64,000 bases of DNA, taken from positions 370-64,369 of the forward strand of contig CAVXKI010000002.1 in NCBI GenBank assembly GCA_963762345.1, written 5' to 3'. Source of the DNA: an uncultured Candidatus Micrarchaeota archaeon. GTDB lineage: Archaea; Micrarchaeota; Micrarchaeia; Micrarchaeales; Micrarchaeaceae. The position numbers and the translations under genes are program-made. Shown here piece by piece: positions 26,999 to 34,729 of this stretch (within the stretch, counting starts at the first letter, position 1; every line of letters begins with the position of its first letter). The notes below the pieces were generated by a model. The model saw nothing but the letters and a program-made list of their open reading frames with translations, searched no databases and was not told where the DNA came from.

Positions 26999-29278
26999 TC
27001 AGACTGCGGCGCCGGAGCACACCATGCTGATTATGTTTGCGGGCGAGTTGTACGCTATCGACAATACGTAAGGAGCGACCATCGCGATTATCGCTCCTGC
27101 AACTCCGCCGAACACGAGTCCCATTGCGTAGCCCTGCACCACGCCTCTTGACTGTCCTGGGAGTATCTGCGCCCCGGCGTAGAGCGCCCCTCCGAGTATC
27201 ATGAGAGTCAGCGCGAGTAGGAAGACGATCGTGTTTACAATATAGTATACGCTGCATATCGCTTGAAGTGCAGGAGTGATTGAGCCGCTGCCGCTTGTGC
27301 CGCCTGTGCTGCCGCTGCCAGGATTGAGTGTGAGCTGCGCGCTCTGCATTGCCCAGCAGCCCGTGGGCCCGACGCTTGGGTTGTTGTTGCAGGTAACGCC
27401 AGTGGGACCGGTTGCACCAACCAGCGAGTACGAGCATATTGTGTCTGTTCCGCCAGAGGTCGATGTTGTGACAGGCAATGTCACAGACTCGTATACAGAG
27501 GAGCTGGAGCCGACCTCACAGGAGATTCCAGTGGGAGTAGGTATTCCCGGGTTTGTATACGTAGATGCGCAGGAAGTCCCTGACGATGCTTCACCATAGT
27601 ATGGAATGGCCTGGCATGTGCCGCCCGGCCCAATATCGTCTATCTCTGTGTAGGTGCCGCAGTCGGTCGGGTCGTTGCACTGCGCTGTGAACGTGACCTG
27701 GTTCTGGTCTGTACTCGGATTGAGGTTCTGCGTGGCTGGATTGTATGATATGTCAAGCGACTCTGGGTTGCCGCCTGTTGCGATTATTGTGAGTGCAGCC
27801 TGTGTGGTCGCCGGCGCCCATGCCTGTTGGCCTGTGTTGATGTCGCACACGCCGTAGCACGCGTATCCGCACACATTGACGGTTGTGGTTTGGCTTGCGA
27901 CAACGTCCTGTGAATAGTATATTCCCTCGCTCGCACCGGAGGGATAAAGACTGGTTGACCACGAAGTCCATGATGAAGTTGGATTCAGGACGCATCCGAC
28001 GCTTGAGATGGCGAATAAGTCAGTGCTTCCGCAGTATGGCTGCCAGAGGCCGTTGCCCTGCCCTCCGCCCGTTATGGCAAGGCCGCTGCCCGAGGGGCAT
28101 GACGTTCCTTGGGGCTCTATCAATATCGTGCCCCAGTTGCATTGGCTGGACGATGGAGAGGTAAGAGATGTACCATAAGCTGAGCCGTGGCAGGCCACCA
28201 AGAATGATGCAGCCGAACCCGAATCTACAGTGGCAGATGAGCCCCACCCCTGAAGGGTAGGCGTGCCACCAGGAATAACACCCACGTAGACTGGCGGCGG
28301 AGACGATGAAGTAGGGGTTGATATTGTGAGAGTCCCCTGGCTTGCATCGGTCCACGTGCTCGAGCCCTGCGCCTGGAAGTATCCGCATACGTCGAGATTG
28401 GTGCCAGAGCTGGAAGTTGTGTATGCTGTGCCTGTCGCAGACATCGTATAGCATTCAGGCCCCAGGCCGCAGCTGCCGAAGCTACCGAGATTGCCTGACG
28501 AGCCGGCAAAGTTGTTCAGCTCGCAGTATCCGGATAGTTGTGACAGGTCGCTCGGGCAAGTGCTTGTCACGCTGCTTGGCGTGAAGGTGGCGCCGGTCGG
28601 ACAACCGGAGCTTGAGAGCATCATGTCGCCGGTATAGCATGAGCTGTTGGGGCCAACGCAGATCATCCCCGCAGTGAACGTGTTGCTAGGTCCTGACACA
28701 ACACTTTGGCTGCCCGGAGTGACCGCGGCATACACAGATATCACTGAAAAAACCGCTGAAATGATGTTCCCGTTTGTTAAATCATTCGCATAGAATATGT
28801 AGTCTCCCAAAGCCAGGTCTGATGGCGTAGCGTAGTTGCAGGTTGTGACTCCTGAGCCTGCCTGTCCTGTACAGACATGAGTTCCCGGTGACGGATAGTC
28901 GAGGGCGCAATTGTCACCCTGGACGCAAAGCGCTTGTATAGTTGCAGAAGAGCCATACGCAACTGAGTTCACTCCTGCAGGCAGAAAAACGACTGATGGG
29001 GAGATGCCTGTGAAAGACATGGTGGTTGTGCTTGTACTGGTTGGGAATGTGGAGAAGCTGGAAGTGGAAAAGCCTCCGACGGTGGTCATGGTTATGGGAC
29101 CGATGGTGGATTCTGAAGAAGAGGAGGGTATTGAGGGGACTGTCGGGCCAATCTGACCGATCGGGCTGACGCCCATGAGCGTGCTAAGCGTTGATATGAT
29201 CATCGCGCTTAAGAATAGGAAGAGCATGGTCTTTGCATTAGCTGCGATAACCTTCGCCAGCCCCTTTTTTCTCGCCAT
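26999..29278 (-). CDS. secreted Cys-rich protein with C-terminal VirB2-like hairpin module (759 aa), first gene of the array
   Basis: N-terminal signal/anchor and a T/S/G-rich ectodomain. C-terminus ICSVYYIVNTIVFLLALTLMILGGALYAGAQILPGQSRGVVQGYAMGLVFGGVAG...SMVCSGAAV. Confidence 0.65.
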   Translation of the reverse strand: MARKKGLAKVIAANAKTMLFLFLSAMIISTLSTLMGVSPIGQIGPTVPSIPSSSSESTIGPITMTTVGGFSTSSFSTFPTSTSTTTMSFTGISPSVVFLPAGVNSVAYGSSATIQALCVQGDNCALDYPSPGTHVCTGQAGSGVTTCNYATPSDLALGDYIFYANDLTNGNIISAVFSVISVYAAVTPGSQSVVSGPSNTFTAGMICVGPNSSCYTGDMMLSSSGCPTGATFTPSSVTSTCPSDLSQLSGYCELNNFAGSSGNLGSFGSCGLGPECYTMSATGTAYTTSSSGTNLDVCGYFQAQGSSTWTDASQGTLTISTPTSSSPPPVYVGVIPGGTPTLQGWGSSATVDSGSAASFLVACHGSAYGTSLTSPSSSQCNWGTILIEPQGTSCPSGSGLAITGGGQGNGLWQPYCGSTDLFAISSVGCVLNPTSSWTSWSTSLYPSGASEGIYYSQDVVASQTTTVNVCGYACYGVCDINTGQQAWAPATTQAALTIIATGGNPESLDISYNPATQNLNPSTDQNQVTFTAQCNDPTDCGTYTEIDDIGPGGTCQAIPYYGEASSGTSCASTYTNPGIPTPTGISCEVGSSSSVYESVTLPVTTSTSGGTDTICSYSLVGATGPTGVTCNNNPSVGPTGCWAMQSAQLTLNPGSGSTGGTSGSGSITPALQAICSVYYIVNTIVFLLALTLMILGGALYAGAQILPGQSRGVVQGYAMGLVFGGVAGAIIAMVAPYVLSIAYNSPANIISMVCSGAAV

Positions 29279-29295
29279 GAAATCTTCGCCTGATT

Positions 29296-29330
29296 AAGAT
29301 ATATCTTTGTGGTCAGGTATTTAATCTTAA
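29296..29330 (-). promoter_or_regulatory. candidate promoter of the array
   Basis: The minus strand reads AGATTAAATACC (29316-27) about 44 nt upstream of ATG 29278, plus a 12-nt palindrome AAGATATATCTT (29296-29307). Confidence 0.4.
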
Positions 29331-29333
29331 CTC

Positions 29334-30398
29334 TTAAGCGAGTGATTGCGCAAGATTGCCCACTATCGTCTGGTGCGCCTCGCAAGGAGTCCAGCAGTTG
29401 GGGCACCTCTTCGCCTTTATGTCCTTTCTGAAATCGTTGGTCTCCCTCTTGCTCCACATGTTCCTCAAGTCGTAGTCTATCTCCCTGATATTGGCGAGCT
29501 GCCTGTACCACATTGTGCACGGGTAAAGGAATCCGTACGGGTCCAGGAAAACAGATGCGTTGAGCGACTTGCAGTCCATCGGCGTCTTTCCTGTCTTATA
29601 GTATTCTATCGATTTCTTGAGATAGATGTCCTCTATGGTGCGTTCTATCCCCAGCTCGAACTCCCTTGACTTTATTATCTGGCGCACCTCGTCCGGATAC
29701 ACTTTGCTCGGCCCCAAGTCCTTCATCTCCTGATTATGGTAGTAGTTTGAAGAGGAGTGCGCTATGTTGACATGCATGTCGATGTGCTTGAGCTTGGGAA
29801 TGTCTTTCTTCACTTCCTGATATGTCTTTTCGAACTGTCCCTCATTGTATTTCGACATCGTGTAACCGAACACGTGATAAAGATTCGGGTATTGCTTTCT
29901 TAGTTCTGATAGCGTCTTATACATCTCTATTGCGCGGTTGTAGTTTCCAGGTATGCCCCTGATTTTGTCGTGCAGCTCCCTGTAGCCATCCAAGCTCACC
30001 GTTATCGCAACTTTGGGTATCTTCATGTCAAGTATCTGCGTTATTCCACTGATCACTTTTTCCCTGTTGACAAGGGAGTTGACCGCCATGGTCATAAGAT
30101 AGAGGTCTTTTGAATTGTCCTTGAATGCCCTTGCTATTTCTATTATGTCCTCGCGCAGCCACGGCTCTCCTCCAGTCAGCCTTACCCACCTGAAGAAATT
30201 GTTCTTTACCGCGAACTTCCTTATCTCGTCTAGAGTGAGCTCCTCCTTCTTCCTGTGGATCTGCCATATGTTGCATGTCTCGCACCTGGAGTTGCACTCG
30301 TACGTCATGGCGAAGTTGAGCATGTACGGCACGCTAAGTGTCGAGAAATTCGACTTGAGCGCAGATGCGCCCATCCCCAGCAGCTTCTCCATCTTCAA
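29334..30398 (-). CDS. radical SAM enzyme with SPASM/twitch-type C-terminal Cys motifs
   Basis: CNSRCETC (CX3CX2C, nt 30273-30296). C-terminal C-x12-G-x4-C (CKSLNASVFLDPYGFLYPC) and CPNCWTPC. Confidence 0.8.
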   Translation of the reverse strand: MKMEKLLGMGASALKSNFSTLSVPYMLNFAMTYECNSRCETCNIWQIHRKKEELTLDEIRKFAVKNNFFRWVRLTGGEPWLREDIIEIARAFKDNSKDLYLMTMAVNSLVNREKVISGITQILDMKIPKVAITVSLDGYRELHDKIRGIPGNYNRAIEMYKTLSELRKQYPNLYHVFGYTMSKYNEGQFEKTYQEVKKDIPKLKHIDMHVNIAHSSSNYYHNQEMKDLGPSKVYPDEVRQIIKSREFELGIERTIEDIYLKKSIEYYKTGKTPMDCKSLNASVFLDPYGFLYPCTMWYRQLANIREIDYDLRNMWSKRETNDFRKDIKAKRCPNCWTPCEAHQTIVGNLAQSLA

Positions 30399-30486
30399 TC
30401 CAGCACCGTTGTACTACTGTGATATGTGATATAGGTAGCGACTCTATACATATTTAGATATTTATAGAGTATCCTCTATAGATTAG

Positions 30487-30497
30487 GGTTTAAATAG
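30487..30497 (+). promoter_or_regulatory. TATA box for the GT2 gene
   Basis: GGTTTAAATAG about 35 nt upstream of ATG 30529. Confidence 0.45.
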
Positions 30498-30528
30498 TAA
30501 CAGCCGCTTTATTTCGGCGGATGAGGAA

Positions 30529-31212
30529 ATGAGGCCGTATATCACAATAGTAATACCGACGCTCAACGAGGCGAAGAACATAGGCAAGCTTCTGCGTAAT
30601 GTGAAAAAAGCAGTAAGAAATTATTCCTATGAGATAATAGTAGTTGACGGAGGGGCTAACGGGCCCTCCGAGGACAACACCGTACAAATAGCGAAGAGCT
30701 ACGGCGCCAGGATACTTTATGATAGGAGAGGAAAAGGCTCTGCGCTCATACGCGGCTTCAAAGCGTCGAGGGGCAAGATAGTGATATCTATGGATGCTGA
30801 TCTGTCGCACAGGCCGAGGGAACTAGCGCTTCTCATATCTGGGATTGAATCGGGTTATGACATCTGCGTGGGCTCGAGATTCCTTGCGGGAGGGGGCTCT
30901 GCAGACATGCCTCCTTTTAGGATATTTGGCAACACTGTGTTTGTATCTCTCGTGAATCTCCTTTATGGCTCGCACTACACCGACCTGTGCTACGGCTACA
31001 GGAGCTTCTCCCCGCATGCACTGAAGAAGATGAGATTGACAGAGACCGGTTTTGGAATAGAGACAGAGATAAACATAAAGGCGAAGAAGGAGGATTTGAA
31101 AGTGCTTGAAGTACCGAGCTTCGAGAAGAAGCGCGCTGAGGGGGAGGGAAAGCTGAGGAGCTTCAGCGACGGATTCCTTATCCTCAGGACCATAATAAAA
31201 AATATGTCCTAG
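30529..31212 (+). CDS. family 2 glycosyltransferase (dolichyl-phosphate hexose synthase-like)
   Basis: ITIVIPTLNE...IIVVDGG...MDADLSH, the classic GT2 DxD architecture. 227 aa. Confidence 0.8.
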   Translation: MRPYITIVIPTLNEAKNIGKLLRNVKKAVRNYSYEIIVVDGGANGPSEDNTVQIAKSYGARILYDRRGKGSALIRGFKASRGKIVISMDADLSHRPRELALLISGIESGYDICVGSRFLAGGGSADMPPFRIFGNTVFVSLVNLLYGSHYTDLCYGYRSFSPHALKKMRLTETGFGIETEINIKAKKEDLKVLEVPSFEKKRAEGEGKLRSFSDGFLILRTIIKNMS

Positions 31213-31213
31213 C

Positions 31214-32956
31214 TCATGTGGTATAGTTCTCCACGTAATAGAAGCTGAATGTCTTGCCCATGGGAACATATGTGGCGTTTGTTATTGTCTTGAGAGTCGA
31301 AAGCGAGTTTGCATCAGTGCAGAGGTTGTTCGGGGTATAGCACCAGTAGCCGTAATCGATTACCATGCAGCTGTACTGCTTTGACAGGTTCGCAACAAGG
31401 GACTGGTTGTAATAATAGTACATCTGCAGCGCTGTCTTGTTCACGAGATTGAATAGCGTGGGATCATATGTGAACACCAGGCAGTTGTTCGGGATCATGT
31501 AGCTCTCGTTGTACACGAAGCTCTCGTAGAACCTTGCATCCGGCGCCTGCGTTACCTGCGATGGCTGTACCGAGAGCTGAGGGATATGCATGTACAGTGA
31601 ATATGCGATCAGCAGCAGCACGACTGCGCAAGATACATACAAAACCATGCGTGCGTATTTTTTGTAGGCCTTTGCCCTTTTCACAATTCCATCTGCGGTG
31701 TCCAGAAGCGCCATGCAGCCGAATCCGCCGAGTATGCTAGCCGGGGCAAGAATGCTTAGCATGAACCTCCAGTCGACTCCGTATGTCACTGAGCCCGCAT
31801 AGAAAGCGGTGTACAGGATGAAGAATGCAAGGAACCATATCACTAGGAATGCGAGCTCCCTCCTGTTGTTGAAGAACGCGTATACCGCGCCTAGTATGCC
31901 CACGAGCGTGAAGAACACTGGCTGCATTATGTCCTGCGATGAATAAGCATCAAACCAGAAATAGAAGTTGGAGCATGCATTGTACTCAAAATTTTGTAAG
32001 TTGAATTTGCCGCTTGCCGTTGCACTCACTGACGGAGCGCACGTATCCTGTACGTTTGTGCCCTTATAACCATAGTCCCCGGCTACGTATTCGTTGTGTG
32101 CGTATATTATCTCCGGTGTTATTGTGAACACCAACAGCAGCAACACAATCAGCACGCCGGTGCTTGAGAGCCCTTTCTTGATGAGCGGGTAGTTTTTCCT
32201 GATGGATTTTTTTATGCTTGCGTCATCGAGCAGCATGTAGCCGGCGAATATGATGAACAGGAACAATACATTATCGACCTTCATGTAGAAGAGCAGCACA
32301 GCGCTGAACGATAGCATGGCCAGAGTGTATGCGTTCTTCCGTTTTAGGAATATCATGAGGAAGAAAAGGCTGAGCACCATGTATGCAAGAGTTGGAACGT
32401 CTGATGTGGTCGGCCTGGCCCAGACCAGCAGCATCGGAGACAACGCTATGAGAATTGCGGAGAAAGCGGCGATCCTCGTATCTTTCGACAGCATCTGTGC
32501 TACGAAGAATGTAAGGAACACCGCAATGAACGAGAGAAAAAGGTTGACATTGTATGCAACGGCCTGGCTGACTCCGAACAGTGCGAAGCCTATGGCGATG
32601 TTGAATGCTGTGCCCAGCGGCTCGTGGTATACCTCTCCTATAAAGCATGTTGTCGGAGAGCCGAAATCGCACATCCACGCCTGGCCCATGTGGATTAGGT
32701 CGAGCGCCTGGGCCTGGTATATCGCGTCATCGAAATATAGGAGCTGCGTCGCATGGACAAGACAGAGCTCCACTGCCAAAAACAGTATTGCAATGATAAG
32801 CGCGTATGCAAGATGACGGCGGTTTATGCCGTATTGTTTAAGTGCATATGATATGTGCTTTCGCCCAAGCGCGACAGCTGCAACAAGGCATACGAATGCA
32901 AGAACTATGCCAATTGTAAAGATGTATTCCTCCAATGAGATGGTAGAGAGCATCAC
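31214..32956 (-). CDS. GT-C fold membrane glycosyltransferase (ArnT/PMT, GT39/83-like)
   Basis: 580 aa with more than 10 TM helices, the first-loop motif YFDDAIYQAQA, and a C-terminal soluble domain. Confidence 0.55.
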   Translation of the reverse strand: MMLSTISLEEYIFTIGIVLAFVCLVAAVALGRKHISYALKQYGINRRHLAYALIIAILFLAVELCLVHATQLLYFDDAIYQAQALDLIHMGQAWMCDFGSPTTCFIGEVYHEPLGTAFNIAIGFALFGVSQAVAYNVNLFLSFIAVFLTFFVAQMLSKDTRIAAFSAILIALSPMLLVWARPTTSDVPTLAYMVLSLFFLMIFLKRKNAYTLAMLSFSAVLLFYMKVDNVLFLFIIFAGYMLLDDASIKKSIRKNYPLIKKGLSSTGVLIVLLLLVFTITPEIIYAHNEYVAGDYGYKGTNVQDTCAPSVSATASGKFNLQNFEYNACSNFYFWFDAYSSQDIMQPVFFTLVGILGAVYAFFNNRRELAFLVIWFLAFFILYTAFYAGSVTYGVDWRFMLSILAPASILGGFGCMALLDTADGIVKRAKAYKKYARMVLYVSCAVVLLLIAYSLYMHIPQLSVQPSQVTQAPDARFYESFVYNESYMIPNNCLVFTYDPTLFNLVNKTALQMYYYYNQSLVANLSKQYSCMVIDYGYWCYTPNNLCTDANSLSTLKTITNATYVPMGKTFSFYYVENYTT

Positions 32957-34692
32957 GCACCTGCCCTGTTTGTTATGAATACGTTGTTCATGAACATGTA
33001 TTTTGTCTTTGTTGCCTTCATAGTGGCGAGCGCATCCTCGGGGCTCATGACTATCGGGAATCCGTGAAGGTTGAAGCTAGTGTTAAGCACTATCCCGTGT
33101 CCGCTTGACTTCTTCACTTTCCTGAGCATCTCCATGTACGGCGTGTTCTCGCTTCCTACAGCGTGAGGCCTAGCTGTGCCATCGATGTGCATGACAGACT
33201 TTGTCATCGGCCTCATCTTCTCCTTGATGTCGTATGCCATCGTCATGAAGCTGTCACGCCCTTTCCCATCGTAATCGATTATGCTGTTGAGATCGTCCTC
33301 AAGTATCGAAGGTGCGAAAGGCTGGAACCATTCGCGCTTTTTCACATGTATGTTAAGCTTCTCCTTCACATCTTCTGAGTCGCTTCTTGAGATTATGCTG
33401 CGGTTTCCCAGAGCTCTTGGCCCGTATTCCATCCTGCCCTGGAACCACATCAGATAATCGCCCTTTTCTATCAGCTCCGCAGCGTGCGATGCCTGCTCCG
33501 ACTCGCTTTCTTTTTGGCAAACGAGGCTTCTGTCGCTTTTTGCGATTTGCTCGGTATAATCCTGATCATACTCATTGCCCAGATATGCGGAGAAAGCAAA
33601 ATCTGTTTTTCCTGTGCTTGCATAGTTGGAATAAAGCGCACTTCCTAGTGCGATGCCACCATCGCCCATATGCGGGAATACATACCAGTGCTTGAGCTGG
33701 TCCAGATTTCTTATTACCATGTTCGCCTTTACGTTTGCGAATATGCCGCCTGCGAGCACGACGTCATATATTCCGTACCTGTCCATGAGGTTGCTTATGT
33801 ATTTCCCGAGAACATACTCGAGATGCTGCTGTGCCATGTACGCGAACTGCTCTCTTGGCAGGCTCCATAAAACATTCCTCAACATGTCGTACTGTCTCCA
33901 CGGGCCGTACTTTGCAGTTACTGTTGTTCCCGTTACTTTGAAAAAGTCCTTGAGCTTGTTTTCCTCATATGTGAATGGATATGAATAGCATGCCATCGCC
34001 ATGACTTTTCCCTCGTCCTCCAACGCTCTCATGCCAAGCAGGCTTGTGACCTGTTCGTAGAATATTCCTATAGAATCCCTTGCTCTTATCCTCTGTCTTC
34101 TTTCCAACTTTCCGTTTTCCAGCACTGCCACGCTTCCGCACAGCCCATCGCCAAGTCCGTCCATCGTCACTACAAGAGATCTATTCATTCCGGATGTGAA
34201 CGCTGCTGTTGCAGCGTGCGCCGTGTGGTGCTCCACAACATTTAATCTAAAATCCCTGAAGCCCATGTGCTTTAACCTGCTCGAGACCATGGCCTTGCTT
34301 ATAGTACCGCAGAGCGGCAATGGCCCGATCTGTGTTACAATGAATTTCCTCTTTTGCATTATATGCTCGAACCGCGGCCTCGGCCTCTTTTTCCTTCTTA
34401 AAGCATAGTACTCCTCTAAGAAGAAAGGGAAAACCCTCTCTACTGTCTTTGATATCTCGGTCGTAGTGAATGCAACATTCTCAATGTCGCTGTGCTTCAG
34501 CTTTGCGTAATTGAGCGCCGCGTTTATCGAATGAATGGGAAACTTTATCTCGAGCTTGCGCTTCGTGAACCTCTCCTCGTTTGCCGCGAAGACTACCTTG
34601 TCATCGTCTATAAGCGCAGCTCCCGAATCGTGACCATCCCATATGCCTAACGTATACATAGACCCCACAGAATGTGCACTAAGATTGTGCAC
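32953..34692 (-). CDS. carbamoyltransferase (NodU/CmcH family)
   Basis: MYTLGIWDGHDSGAALIDDDKVVFAANEERFTKRK N-terminus and length typical of the family. The start is probably at 34659. Confidence 0.8.
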   Translation of the reverse strand: MHNLSAHSVGSMYTLGIWDGHDSGAALIDDDKVVFAANEERFTKRKLEIKFPIHSINAALNYAKLKHSDIENVAFTTTEISKTVERVFPFFLEEYYALRRKKRPRPRFEHIMQKRKFIVTQIGPLPLCGTISKAMVSSRLKHMGFRDFRLNVVEHHTAHAATAAFTSGMNRSLVVTMDGLGDGLCGSVAVLENGKLERRQRIRARDSIGIFYEQVTSLLGMRALEDEGKVMAMACYSYPFTYEENKLKDFFKVTGTTVTAKYGPWRQYDMLRNVLWSLPREQFAYMAQQHLEYVLGKYISNLMDRYGIYDVVLAGGIFANVKANMVIRNLDQLKHWYVFPHMGDGGIALGSALYSNYASTGKTDFAFSAYLGNEYDQDYTEQIAKSDRSLVCQKESESEQASHAAELIEKGDYLMWFQGRMEYGPRALGNRSIISRSDSEDVKEKLNIHVKKREWFQPFAPSILEDDLNSIIDYDGKGRDSFMTMAYDIKEKMRPMTKSVMHIDGTARPHAVGSENTPYMEMLRKVKKSSGHGIVLNTSFNLHGFPIVMSPEDALATMKATKTKYMFMNNVFITNRAGA

Positions 34693-34729
34693 TATGGTAT
34701 CGTAGAAAGAGTTTATTAATTAATAAGAT

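Noticed and set aside
19584-29278. Type IV pilus / archaellum interpretation of the pilin-like genes
   Set aside because: The signal peptides are ordinary Sec type (A-x-A cleavage, long h-region), not class III (short basic leader + G/A + hydrophobic helix). No PilB/FlaI-type ATPase, PilC/FlaJ platform or prepilin peptidase is present. The mature module has two TM helices, not one.
20557-29278. PGF-CTERM/PEF-CTERM archaeosortase sorting signals at the C-termini of the giant proteins
   Set aside because: Those signals are a short motif, a single TM and a basic tail (~25 aa). Here the conserved C-terminal unit is ~90 aa with two helices and a conserved basic loop, and it also exists as a free-standing small protein.
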